Shown here: piece by piece, positions 41,631 to 54,198 of the stretch
How positions within the stretch are numbered: position 1 is the stretch's first letter
Layout of the letters: every line of letters starts with the position of its first letter
Source of the DNA: Yuukianura sp. NJ FZ-2021
Taxonomy: Eukaryota
Reading direction: 5' to 3'
DNA length: 64,000 bases
NCBI GenBank assembly: GCA_046563655.1
Contig: CM102288.1
Span: 1,364,001-1,428,000, forward strand
Made by a program: the position numbers and the translations under genes
Notes under the pieces: generated by a model
Databases searched by the model: none
Told to the model about the DNA's origin: nothing
What the model saw: only the letters and a program-made list of their open reading frames with translations

Positions 41631-42177
41631 ACCAAATTACTTGAAAAGATGTTTGGAGCCACAGCAATCATTGCAAAGTGAAAGAACGCGAAATCATTTA
41701 TTTTCAAAAAAAAAGTGAAAGAACGTGGAACATAGCGTGGTTTGACGTGTTGAGTGATGCGATGGCTCCATCTTGCCGAGTTGTTCCGAGTCTCTAAATC
41801 TGAAATTTTGTGAATTCAGTGAATTCCAAATTTTCTGAATCCGAATTTTACACGGACACAAGTTCATCCCAGCTGCGACTGTCTTATTTGCCTGCAACGG
41901 TAAGCTGAATATTACATAAATACTTGGGTTGTCGACTTGTAACTGTTTCTCTCATTTCTTTTGTTCTGATTTTCTTTGTCAAGAAAAATACTAAACTGAC
42001 GAAAGTTCTTTTGTTATTTCAAGGAAGTATTGATTGAACTGGGTTACTGTGACTGGAAGTGGAAGACGAATGTAAGCAAGGCAAAAGGAGGGTGAGGCAA
42101 TCAGACGCGACGCGATTGTTAGGTAGGTGTTAATTAAAGATCAGTGTCACCTTTGTGAATTGATTAAGAGGAAGGAG

Positions 42178-43965
42178 ATGTCAACTCCACAAGAAACGAA
42201 ACGGAGAAATAAAGGGAAGAAACGGAAAGAGGTAAGTCAATTGCTTGCTTTTATTTAGCAAATCGTTTCGTATGATACCGCTATTCATGCTCCATATGCT
42301 AACTGTGTTGTTTGTTATCTAGGGAGGAGCACCAGACGTCCCGGAAGGCAAAGATGTTGCCTCGAAGCAGGAGTATCAAGTGGCCCGGTGGATGAGAAAG
42401 AATATTCCAATCAAGAAAACGAAGTTTTTGAGTCACACTGTAGAGTATTTTACAGGTATGCTCAATCGTTCGATATCAGTTTGTCTTGGTTATAAACTAA
42501 CACGAATTCATGATTTCTTCAAACAGCATGCAAAGGTGTTGATGCATTGATGGATTCACCATGGGCGAAACCCGCTAAACCTGGAGAAGAAGCGCTGTTT
42601 ACTACTCGGGAGTCAATTGTGAAATACTTGGATGTGTGAGTTTCGATTCTGAGTACAGATCTTTAATCTAGCTAAGACTGATACTTATGAATGTTTAAAT
42701 TGTTCTAGAATGCTGCGACACAAGCTGTTTCATCGTGCCAGGAAAATCGTTGTACCTGAAAGTGAACTGAACAAGTCCAAGAAGAAGAAAGAAGAAAAGA
42801 AGGATGACAAGAAAGATAAAAAGGAGGACAAGAAGGAACCAGATGACAAGAAAGAGAAGAAGAAGGAAAGTGACGAAAAGAAGAATGTCACTGGAGAAAC
42901 TAGTGAAAAGGAAGCCAAAGAAGATGACGATGCAAACAGTGGTGATGGAGATGCTGCTGCAGAAAGCGGAGATGGGACAGTTGAGGGGAAGAAAGGCAAG
43001 AAGAAGAAAAAGAAGGTAATTGTTACGAAGTTAATAGTGTTGCGTAGGATAATGAACTAACAGTTATCATTTTAGGATGAGACAGAGAAGAAAAAGCGTA
43101 AGATTAGGTTGGACATGCACTTGGAGCAGCGATTCGTCGATGGTCTGGATGCTTACGTGTGGATTTACGAACCAACCCCGTTTTACTACTATTTCTTTGG
43201 ATTTCTTGTCGTGTTAGGCGTGATTGCCGTTTGTCTCTTTCCGTTATGGCCATCGTTTGTCCGGTATAGCTGAAATTCCGCCATTTCTTTCAAGTTTCGA
43301 TCAAAGACGAGCAAATAATTGTATCTTTACTGTCTTTTCCAGAGATTGGGTGTATTACCTCAGTGTAGCCGCCGCAGGTTTCCTGATTCTGGTTCTAGCC
43401 CTCGCCGTGATTCGTCTCATAGTTTTTAGTATCATCTGGTGCTTTACGCTTGGAAATCACCACTTGTGGCTCCTGCCCAACCTCACAGAAGATGTTGGAT
43501 TCTTCGCTTCCTTCTGGCCACTCTATCAGGCAAGTAGCCTCTCAGTTGTTCCTAAGAACGTTGTTCCTAAATCCTAAGTTGACTTTCATTTCATTAATCA
43601 ATTACTTATCCCTCTTGCAGTATGAATACAAAGGCAAAGTAAAGGAAGAAGAGGAGGAGGAGGAAGAAGAAGAGGAAGAGGAGGAAGAAGGACAGGCAGA
43701 ACCGAAGCAGGACAAAGAAGATTTGGAGTAAGGTTGTTGAGTTATGACAGAAAACGATTAAATATGTTAAATTAATTATAATTATACTTAACTTTTCGGT
43801 TTTAGTTCTGGCGAAACTTCTGAGAAGCTCAACTCTCGTGATCAGCAGCCTGCCACTGAAGGTTCAAATTCAAATTCCCATTCTGAAACTGAATCTGAGT
43901 CCAGCCAACGCTCTCAAACAGGGACAGATTTTGAAATGGTGACAAAAGAAGAAGTGGAATCTTAG
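42178..43965 (+). CDS. SEC62: Translocation protein SEC62 (8 coding exons)
   Basis: VEYFTA, LFHRARK, RKIRLDMHLEQRFVDGLDAYVWIYEP, two TM segments (CLFPLWP; YYLSVAAAGFL), HHLWLLPNLTEDVGFFASFWPLY, and C-terminal DFEMV LIR motif. Intron 43530-43620 has a GC donor. Confidence 0.95.
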
Positions 43966-44425
43966 TTTAGACAAGGAGAGGGTAATGGTAAATTAATTAC
44001 TATTCAGATTATTAATTTAAACTGTTCTAAATGTCAGATTAAGTGTGTCCTTTGTGTTTGTTTAACTAATTCAAGAGTATTCTCGTCTTTAGCGTTTATG
44101 TGAAAACTATTTATGAATCAATTAACTAATTCGTAAACTGCTGAGTCCCTCTGTTTTACTCTAACGTCTACGCTCAACATCTGACCATCGATAGATAGAG
44201 TTCTATTAAATGCTTAATTTACCGAAAGAGCCTACGGAAATCCTCTCATTCTTGCTTTAATAATTCATTTAGAACTTGGATTTTTAAACATTCTGGAACG
44301 TTTTCTTAAAACGGGATTGCATCTGCAATCCCAAAGTGGGTATTGATAAAATTCTGTTTCATAAACAATTTCTTAACTATGGAACTAATTAACAGTAAAA
44401 TAATTAACAGTTACGAAGATTATCC

Positions 44426-47400
44426 TCAACTGTAGTTCCTTTCCTTCTGTCTCTTGTGTCGATCAGATGATGCCGAATAGGAGTCCCTGGAGTGGTAGTA
44501 ATCTTTGTATGATCCCCCTCCAGGAGATCTCCTTCGACTCGCATAATCCCTGCTATCAACTCTATCTTTCTTGGATGAGCGACGCTCACGAGAGCGCGAA
44601 CGAGATCTAGAAGGTGACCGAGAGTCAGAATACTTGGATTTCTTACGTTTTTTGTGCTTTCGTCGATTTGGACTTCGCTGACCATCACGACTTCGGTCAC
44701 GATCATAATAGCTGCTGCTACTCCTTTTGTCGAATATTATTGGCGAAGGAGATCTTCTCACTCTTTTTGGTCTGCAAACAAAAAGTTTACTTTATTAGTT
44801 CAGTTTCTTAATTATAGTTTAGTTTTTACTATTTAGTTCATGTATAAACTAAAACTTACGCTGGTGAAAGTTCTTGGTCGTTCTTCTCCTTGTGACTTTT
44901 CTTAGTAACTTCGCCATTCACTCCGTCGCTTTGTCTCTTCCGGCTGGTCTCATTCTTTTCGCTTATAACAACTACATCGGCAGAAGTGACTTCCTGGACA
45001 CGAGCTGGAGAGGCTGGCCTAGATTCTGGACTTTGATTGGCAGACGATGAGGCTATGTCTTCCTTCTGTCCACTCAACAGGAATGATTTGCCTTTTTCCC
45101 TCAGCTCTTGGTAGGCTTTTGCAAGCACGTCGACCTTCTTTTCCAGCTCATCGTAGTTGATCTACAAACGTTATTCTATTATTAGTTTAATTAAGAAACA
45201 TTAAACATGAAAAGCAAATGGTTTATGTAAATAATCGGACTTACAGCTGGACGATCGTAGAGTGCAATAATATGCGAAGAAATCTCGGAGACTTCTTCTT
45301 CTGTCACGTCAAAGGCCAAAAACCACAATGGACTGGAAGGGAGTGGAATTTTAAGAAGCCTCGAGCTGAGAAAGACGCACGCACATGCGATTGCTTCGGG
45401 TTTGAAGCGTACGAAGACATTCGTTCGGAGTGCATCGTTCATGTAATTCCAAGACATCTGAACAAAGTTCTTGTCTTGATCGTATCCAAGAAGTTGCAAA
45501 TAGATGACGATGATCTGAAACAGAAACAATTTTACTTAACTACTAGAATTTAAAAGCTGGAAAGTTTTCATGAATTAATTCTCCTTGTTTTCATGATTGT
45601 AAGCTTGCCTTGTGCGGATGCTTGACGTGGACACAGAACCCCAGCTCCTTGAGAACTCTTCGTTCGGCCAGCATGACATCGTTCTTGAGTCTTAAAGCAT
45701 GTCTAAGTTCAAAGGACACATTTTTTTGATCATACAGTTCTCAGGTTTAGTGAGCCCTAGGAATTAGCTCTTTTGCCCGCGAAGTTTATACAACACATGT
45801 CTTCAAAATTGCAAATTTTCAGATTTTTTGAATCAGTTTTACAAAAATGACGAGAGCCGAAAGACAATCTTTCGCAAATCGTGTTGTAACATTTTATAAA
45901 AATGTTGCAAATCGGGTCAAATCGGTCACGGTAAAACATTTTTCAAGTGAGGATGTTCAACGCAAAACCATTTACCCTATCATAGACCGATACAATACAA
46001 GTGGTGAAAGTGTCTACAAGCAAAATAACACCCGAAAACCAACTGTCATGACCGACAAGGTCATTCAAAAGGTGAAAGCTGCTTTCACCAAACATCCAAC
46101 GACGAGTGTGAGGAAAGTCGCTGCTCAGTTGAAGCTGAAACCGTCAACTGTGTCGTACATTAAAATCAAAAAGCTCGGTATGACCGCCAGAACCCGCAAG
46201 GTCACCTCCAGAATGATCAATGACCAAGAACAACGAGCAAAAACTGGGTGCCTCCGACTCTACCGAAAATTGAGGGAGAAAGTTTTGGTGATTGACGATG
46301 AATCTTCTGTACTTTTGGACCCAAATAAGCGCCCCGGGAGAAAGTTTAGACCATAAACAAGTTGAACTTCAGTACAAGTTCATCGGAAAATCCAAATTTG
46401 CAAAATAAAGGGATGATTTGCCAAGCAATCGATTCCAAGGGCAAATCTTCGGAACAGTTTCTTTGCGAAGGCAGGATGCATCAGCACGTGTATTTGCAAC
46501 TTTTGCAGGAAAAACTCATCCCATTCATCAAAAAACATCATAATTTACAAGATGTACTGTTTTGGCCCGACCTAGCTTCGTGCCAATACGCAAAATCTGT
46601 GACTAAGTACTTGGGATCCGAAAATGTCAACTTTCTCCTGGAAGATCGGAACCCCCATAACGTCCCGCAGGCCAGAGGAATTGAGAAGTTTTGGATGTTA
46701 GGAAAGAAAAAGTAGTCTGCTCGATAGCCTCCAGCAATAAACGCCCGGGGATTTGTGCGAATTTGGTGCAATATGGCGGCGGAAGTGGAGAAAGTGCATG
46801 GGGAGAAAGTCATGGCCCCTGCCTTCAACTTTCTCCATGAAATCGGTCACAAGGGGTACCAACGCGCTCTGTGTCGTCTAGCGAACCGTAAAAAATATTG
46901 AAGTGTGATGCCTGACCCAATTTGCAATTGTTGTGCGATAAAATATACAAAAAACAAAATGTGTCCTTTGAACTTAGACATACTTTACGTAGGTCGGATC
47001 AAGGATGAGCGGTTGTATGAGCCTGGAATCAAATAAAGCTAATAATCAAAAGCTGTATTCTTAACTAAACAGTGCTTCATCAACATTTGTAAAACTTTGC
47101 GTTTCCAGTAAATTGTACACATCGGTTAGAAAGTAGTCAATTTCCTCCTTAGCATTTGAAACAAAGGACAACCTCATCAATTTCCTTTCCAATCAATTTG
47201 TGCTTAAGTTGGTTTGACAAAATACACTGTTCTTTTAGCAAAACGGCGAAGCTGGAAATTCTTTCTGGATTCCCTGGAACACAAAAATGCTAATCGGTTT
47301 GATGCCCCCGGGATTGGTGAAGCAGGAATGGCCGTACTACAGCTGGCATACACTTATATAACAGGGTAACATCTCTCCACGCAGCGAAATTACAACTTCT

Positions 47401-48911
47401 TTGTAACTGAAAGTTTGTGACAGCGGACAAAATGTTCTCAGTACATTTAGCTGTGACGCTGACAAAATACTTGCTTCGTTTGCAATGTATGGGAATAGTT
47501 TCGCCTAAACCCACCAAAGACTAAACAATCCGCGCCGCGCAGACGTTTTTTTTTTGTCGCTTTGACCAAGAAATCTTCAGTTGAATAACAGTCGTAGAAG
47601 ACGCAACCCCCACTAATTCACGCATCCATTCAGAAATCCAGAAGGAAAGATGTTTCCAACGACGCCGTTCTTGCTATCAAACCATTGACTTTGACATCGT
47701 ACGAGTGGAAAAGGCCCCACTCAAGAAACTACAACGTCAGCACCAAACATAAGACTTCAAATTGATAGAAAGAGAGAAAGACGAGTCTGACCTTGATTGG
47801 GCGATCGATAGTTCCGTTTCCGCAATGTCAGGGGTAACAAGATGGAGTTGTGAGTTGAAAACTCAGCAACGTTACTCTGACCTGCTTCTTCCCAAAAATT
47901 AACTAAACTTTGATTAGTAAGTGAGGACTAAGGAGTGGAAATGGAGAAATTAACTACTCATTACGTTTGTGTACAATTACCGTCCAGTTCATATATCTCC
48001 ACATCAAGATCAATCGTGCACAGGCAATTTAGTTCCTTTGTGCAACGGTAATCTCCTAGAATGAACATTAGTTTCTGTTATATCATGAAACGCAAAGTTT
48101 AAATGAACATTGTCTTCCATTTCAAAGTGGAAATTGTACTGAACAGTAGAAAATAACGACGAATTACAATGTGGTAAGTGTGTCCACTTATCAAATCCAC
48201 TTTGAGATGGAAAACAAGTTCATCAAGTAATGATTCATTTGTGTGTGACTTACTTTCCAGCGCGAATTTGCCGAATGTGGTGAAAGACATTGATAACGTC
48301 GCGGATTCGTCGGGGTGCTTCTTCAATCTTCGAAGCGAGATAAATACAAGCCATTGCAGTTACTTCCATCGGCTGTCGTACAAAAGACTCTGCAACAAAA
48401 ACATTAACAAAAAGGTAGAGGCGACATTAAGTTCAGTGTCTACTTGCACTTGTATTTCAAATTATCGGAACACGGAAACTTTAGCTTACTTGAGTAGTAA
48501 AAACGCTGGAAGAGGACCTGCCCAGTAGCCATCGCCGTCTGAAACATAAGGAACAGATACACCATATTAGTACTTCGGGACTTTCTCTATTTCTAGTAAC
48601 CACACCAAAGATAAACAAATTAAAAACTGTATTCAACTTACCTGTGGAAGTTTTAGAAGAATTCCCGAAGTTTGGATAAGCTCGCAACCACCTACCCTGA
48701 GAAACGTTTCGGTCTCTTCATCTAATCCATCAATGGCAGATGGACTAGGATGGAGCTTATCCGGTGGAATGAGGACGTTGTCCAATGTAATGACGATTGG
48801 TCCATAACTCCGTTTGCTAGTAATCGGAGCGGGAGCAGAGGTGCCACCGTTGGAAGTACCCCCAGCAGTTACACTCGAAGTTACCAATGACCCGTCTGTT
48901 GCGGCAGCCAT
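44426..48911 (-). CDS. CCNL1: Cyclin L (CCNL1/2-like; cyclin boxes plus RS domain); one exon interrupted by a DD37E transposon
   Basis: Exons 48911-48642, 48538-48490, 48389-48254, 47022-~46984 [transposon] ~45692-45609, 45514-45245, ~45162-44880, ~44771-44426. Motifs [109 protein letters not shown]. No stops or frameshifts apart from the insertion. Confidence 0.93.
45695..46985 (+). mobile_element. IS630-Tc1-mariner DNA transposon, DD37E type, 1291 bp, decayed
   Basis: 30-bp TIRs (45695-45724 AAGCATGTCTAAGTTCAAAGGACACATTTT; 46956-46985, 1 mismatch), TA duplication at 45693-45694 and 46986-46987, internal transposase remnant. Confidence 0.95.
45847..46901 (+). pseudogene. DD37E transposase pseudogene
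   Basis: HTH region ([12 protein letters not shown]), catalytic [14 protein letters not shown] and [10 protein letters not shown] with exactly 37 residues between the second D and E. Frameshift near 46340-46360 and in-frame TAG stops at 46713 and 46725. Confidence 0.9.
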
Positions 48912-49422
48912 GGTTCCGCTTCCACTAGTTCTTGAGTCCACGGCCGACCGAGCAGTATCTGTACATTAAAAAAAGGGAGTTTCAAACCTGGTATTCTACT
49001 TTATACTACTTTTACAATACTAACTTGAATGGATGCTTACCCTCGTCGAGACTCGAGATTCAAACAGATGATCAATATGTGGACCGTCTTCGTCACTACC
49101 AAAGCAAGGCCCGTATCTTCAGCAACCGATACAAAACGTAAACGTAAATTAGGTGAAATACGAAATGTTACCGGAAGTATGACTTGAGTGGTCGCTACAC
49201 CTTCCCGAAGAGCGACAGCAGGGAAAGAGAGATTCACTGCGTCAATTGACACGCAGAAACGAACGAACAACAGATGCAGAGTGGATATGGCGACACCACA
49301 ATACAGATGATATGAATGAACGTCCAATTTGTTACAAGTACAAGTAAGTAAAGCGTATCTTGAAACGTACCGTATATATGATGGTTAGTAAGTAAACCTT
49401 GTGGATTCCGAGAACTCCGATG

Positions 49423-49430
49423 TATCGATA
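49423..49430. promoter_or_regulatory. DRE (DREF-binding) element upstream of cyclin L
   Basis: Perfect TATCGATA about 500 bp 5' of the cyclin L ATG; typical of insect housekeeping promoters. Confidence 0.45.
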
Positions 49431-49735
49431 TATGCGAAGTGTAGTAACGCTGTGTTCGGCTTGGATTTGGATAGGAAGGGGACGGACGGAAAGGCAGAGT
49501 GGGAGACGGCGAAGAGTGTGAAGTGGGACTTCGAATAAGGACAGGCGCATTAGTGTGAAAAGCACTTAAGTTGTGGGTGTCACTCTCACTTGGCACCTCC
49601 CCCATGCCAACATAGGTTACTAATAAGTTAATTTGGTAATTAATTAATGTAAACCGCTTTGGCATAGTTAACACTGTTATATTTATGATACTTTTACTTA
49701 TGCACAATAGAGTTATAAAAGCTAAAAAAAACTAT

Positions 49736-51736
49736 TTATGGAACGACAATGGTATCGTCAAAGACAGTTTCCACTTCAATCATTCCCTCAACCTCGAGGT
49801 CATCTTGCTCAATCACTTGCGTATCGGGTAGAATTTCTTCATCGTCAAGCGTTTGCTCTACTGGAGCAAGCGTAGCGGCCTCCGTTTTTGGAGATGATGG
49901 TGTTGATTCCTCCACTGATTTGTTCATAATCTTCTTCGGAGATGATTTTTCGTCTTTTTTAGTAGACTTGACTGGTCGCGCTGCAAGTTTAGGCGGTGCT
50001 GACTGTTGTTTATTAGCCGCTAGTTTATAGTAGTTTGGAGATTTCTTGCACAATTTCTTCGAATGACGATTTCTGTACGTTTTTGTCGTAAATGTCTTGC
50101 CACAATCAAAGGGACACGAATAAATCTTCACCCGTTTTCCGCCGTCGTCCATTTTCTCCAGTTCCTCTTCTGGAACGTTACCTCCTATGCTTTTCAAAGC
50201 TACGTCAAGTTGTTCGTCGTCGTCACGCGGTCGTTTGAGGCAAATTCGATGATGCTGAAGGAGACTTCTGGAACGGGCAGTAGTTGACCCACAGCCATAC
50301 TTGCAAGCAAAAATAATCTTCTTGCCTTTGTTGCCATGATGTGATCTGTTATGGTCCCACAGCGTTCTCTGGTGTTTGAAGCTCTTATTCGGACAGATCT
50401 TGCAAGCGTACTTCCTTTCTACAGTGTCGTGGACATCTTTGACATGTTGACGAAGAGCTATCCTGCCTTTGAACTTGAGGTCACATTTAGAACAGGCAAA
50501 GTCTCTCACCGGAGCGTGGCGGGGTAAGTGATTTTTCAGAAGATACTCAAAGAAAAACTCCTTGTCGCAGTGTGGACAGGGCCAAATCTTCTCCTTTCCG
50601 TTCGCAATTTTGTGGCTCAACAGTTCATGTGTCCTCAAACCTTGACGGGATGTCAGCCCTGTTTACAAACCAATCTGATTAATCCGAAAAAAAAATCCTG
50701 AAAAATTGTTCTGGAAACATACCCGCGCCGCACAATTGACACAGGAAGGGCTTGCTAACGTTGAATGTTTCTGAATATTCAATTTCTTCTTCGATCCAGT
50801 CATCTGCGTTGTTTTCCGCAAGGTCGTCCACGGAACAAGAATCTTTATTTAATTATTCAATTAGTGTAAATCATATAGAAATGCAACAAACACGAAAACA
50901 AATGTTGAAAGTTAGAGGCTTACAACTGTTTAGCTCCAATTTGTTATCTGCCGGAGCCGCAGTTAATGTTGGTAGTCCACGCTGGATTTCAACTAACACT
51001 GGATCATCATGAACGTCTTGCACGACCTGGTAATCGTTCGGATCCAGAACTCGTATCATTGGATCGTCAATTAACGTTTGGTCTTGATTCTGTAGCAGAG
51101 GATTTCCGAGTTTCACATGTTGCGTAATTGGGCGATTGAGAATCTCCGTACCAATTTGATTCTTCTTCCCTTTAGGCTTTCTTGTTAACAGATTTGGAAC
51201 CAGTTTCCCCTTGGCAGTTGGACTCCCGACAAGATTATGTGATGTAGCATAAGAAATGAATTTGTCCAACGTTTTTGTAGTCAAAGTATCCATGAAAGAG
51301 TTAGAATGAGCCAAGGAATCGAATACTTTGATGGCTCCATATAATTTGGCAATGGCCACTCCGCAAATGCTTCCACAAACACGGAACTGAGCCGTAGAAG
51401 TGAAGTATTCTTCCATTGCATGTTCCGAGAATCCAAACAGTCGCCATTCAAAGATCTCCTTGATGGCTTCAGAGATAAGGACATTCTTCGTAACTAGCGT
51501 CCCATTTTCGTAGAATTCATAATAAAATTGTCTTGTGGGTAGGCAGCTCTTCGTATATTTCCGGTAACAGTTTGAACATCTCGAATTGTCCACACTTCTT
51601 CCGATCCCTGAAGTGTCATTATTTTGCTTGTCTGAATCTGATGCCTTCACAAACAATGAAAACCAATTAACCATGATCTCATAAACATAAAACATGCAAA
51701 TGGGCATTGTAAGTAACCGTAACTCTAACTTACCAT
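49736..51736 (-). CDS. Zinc-finger protein with N-terminal ZAD-like C4 motif and ~6 C2H2/C2HC fingers
   Basis: Likely ATG-only first coding exon (ATG|GTAAGT at 51736-51734), then exons ~51644-50924 (CSNC...CGSIC), ~50842-50723 and ~50658-49736 (CQLC..HELLSH, CPHC..HLPRH, CSKC..HVKDVH, CKIC..HNRSHH, CKYGC..HHRIC, CPFDC..HSKKLC). Start is less certain. Confidence 0.8.
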
Positions 51737-52619
51737 TTTCACTGCTTATACAGTAGTGAGAATACAGAGATGTCCAGGTGATACGTGACACCAAAAACGG
51801 AATTAACCAGCAGAACGTCAGAACTTTCCATCCAGAACGTCAGCTTCCCTGGGGTTGCTGAATGATTAGTCTAACTTTTAAGTAATTTATCTAACAATTA
51901 AATTCTAAATGTAAACAAACAAAGAAACTTAATTGACTTACAAAACAGATGATCGGATCTCATTGAGAGGGCACGAGATAAAGAGAAGACGACGAGTGAC
52001 GAGGAGGGGCGGGAGGTGGTGAACGGTAAAAAGATAAGAGAATTTGAAATTAGCGCCACAAAAAGTAAACAACTTTGAACCATGAAAGTGGAATTTTATC
52101 GTTCATTCATTTGGGAAAATTACGACAAGATAACGTTTGCGACCCTGGCCCATTTATCCTTATTAATCCCGTTAATGCGTTTTCATATTAAATTAGGTTA
52201 ATATTAAGTTGAGTTCTCTGCTAATGAAGGATAAAAGTGTGATATGACAGGAGCTAAACCGTAGGCACAACATGTGATCTTGTAGCGCCAACCGGCTTAT
52301 CCAGCCAAGTAGGTGGTCCTTTAATTAGAATTAAATGAGATAAAGCAATGAGACTACTGCGCGTATATCCGACCTTGGACAAACTTAATCCAACTTGGTG
52401 ATACGTGACCTCTTAATCTCACTCAATTATCACATAATAGTTCAATTTAGACAGGCCATTCTCTTATTTAGAAGTGTCAGTTCAAGCTTTCCTTATTCCG
52501 ATAATCATTTCAGTTAATTAAGTTATAACTCACTAACCGTCGCTTCCAATCCTCGGACTCCTTGTTGGTATACAAAACAACTGTACTTCTGTCGTTAAAG
52601 TATTCACTCCGGCCCCATC

Positions 52620-54198
52620 ATGAGTCGTGTAGCTAGAAAATTTGTATTAGCAAACAAAATTGTTGGATTTCCAAAATTAACTGACTTCAAAATAGTCGAG
52701 GAAACGCTGCCGCAGTTGAATGATGGCGGTAAGCACTAAGCAATCACTAATCACTGATTGGAATTGATCTGAAATAAATAAAATGGTATGTTGGTTACAG
52801 AGATCTTGGCCAAGGCAGAATTCTGGACTGTTGACCCTTATTTGCGTGCACGGAGCGTCGACCTAATGAAAATTGGTGATCCAATGCTTAGCGGCCAAAT
52901 TGCCAAGTTCGTCGTTACTCACTTAAAAACGAAATCTGATTTCGAGAGCATCGAGTTAACTGCGAATTTCTACATTTTTTAGAGTAATCGAAAGTAGATG
53001 TCCCGAGTTTCCTACCGGAACGAATGTCGTTGGGTACTTCGGTTGGCGTGACTATACAGTGTACAAACCAGTTCCAAATGGTCCACGCACACGGCACACA
53101 ATCTATGCACTTCCGGACTTGAAAGGGCTCCCCCTTTCCCTTGGCCTCGGTGCCTGCGGCATGCCAGGGTACTTATTTCTAATGGAAAATCATTGTTAAT
53201 TAGATCTTTCAATTAGTTAATCTGAATCCTTGAATTGTGTCTAGAATGACTGGGTATCTCAGTCTGTCTGAACTGGTAAAACCGAAGAAGGGAGAAACTT
53301 TGGTCGTTTCAGCGGCTGCTGGTGCTGTTGGCTCGCTCGTGGGCCAATTCGGGAAAATCTTTGGTACTAATTGAAAATTAGTTAGTGAGCTGTTTTTGAT
53401 GTTTTAGATTTGAATTTACGTTTGTATCGTTACAGGATGCAAGGTGATTGGTTTCGCTGGAAGCGATGACAAAGTGAACTGGCTCAAGAATGATCTCGGT
53501 TTTGACCTGGCGTTTAACTACAAGGGTGCTGATCTGGACAAGATCCTCAAACAATATGTACCGGAAGGTGTTGACTGCTATTTCGACTCTGTGAGTTTCA
53601 TCATTTCCAGTACAAATTACTACAAAAACTACTAATTTTAGTAATTGCAAATTAATTTTAACATAATATGCTAATTGATATTGAACAGGTTGGAGGAGAA
53701 ATGGCGTATCATGTCATCGAAAACATGAATCAATTTGGCAGAATCGCTCAATGTGGAAATATTTCAGCGTATAACGCTGTGCCAGAAGAAGGAAAACTCA
53801 TTACAGGTTTAATACGTCAAATAATTTTGAAGCTAAATGCCGAAGAACGATTAAAAGACTAAAGTTTTCGTGAATTTTTAGAGCCGTTCAACTACAAAGG
53901 ATTCCGTGTGAAGAACATATCTTTACTGGGCTTTAACGTCGGAAGATGGGCAGAGTCTCCGCTGTATATGAACGGAATACTCCAAGTTCGTGACTGGATA
54001 CTTGAGGTCAGTGATGCTTTCACAATTACTTTCAAGTTCACTGCCCTGCCTGCTTACTAATTCTGAAATCGAAATGGTTTGAAACAGGGCAAACTCAAAG
54101 CACGTGAAACTGTTAGCGAAGGATTCGAGTCGATACCGCAAGCCTTCATCGAAATGCTTCAAGGAAAGAACTTCGGAAAGCAAATCATCAAGGCTTAA
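52620..54198 (+). CDS. PTGR1: Prostaglandin reductase 1-like (NADP-dependent MDR/LTB4 dehydrogenase family), 8 exons
   Basis: GFPKLTDFKIVEE, WTVDPYLR, GYFGWR, LGACGMPG, VVSAAAGAVGSLVGQ, GVDCYFDSVGG, GRIAQCGNISAYN, EGFESIPQAFIEMLQGKNFGK; GT-AG introns in phase; stop at 54196-54198. Confidence 0.9.

Noticed and set aside
42730..44836. Antisense or alternate-frame ORFs over SEC62 and the cyclin L RS domain
   Set aside because: Shadow ORFs of low-complexity K/E/D- and R/S-rich coding sequence.
48100..48230. Possible C/D snoRNA in the long cyclin L intron (TTGATGA on the minus strand)
   Set aside because: No D box (CTGA) at a suitable distance and no terminal stem.
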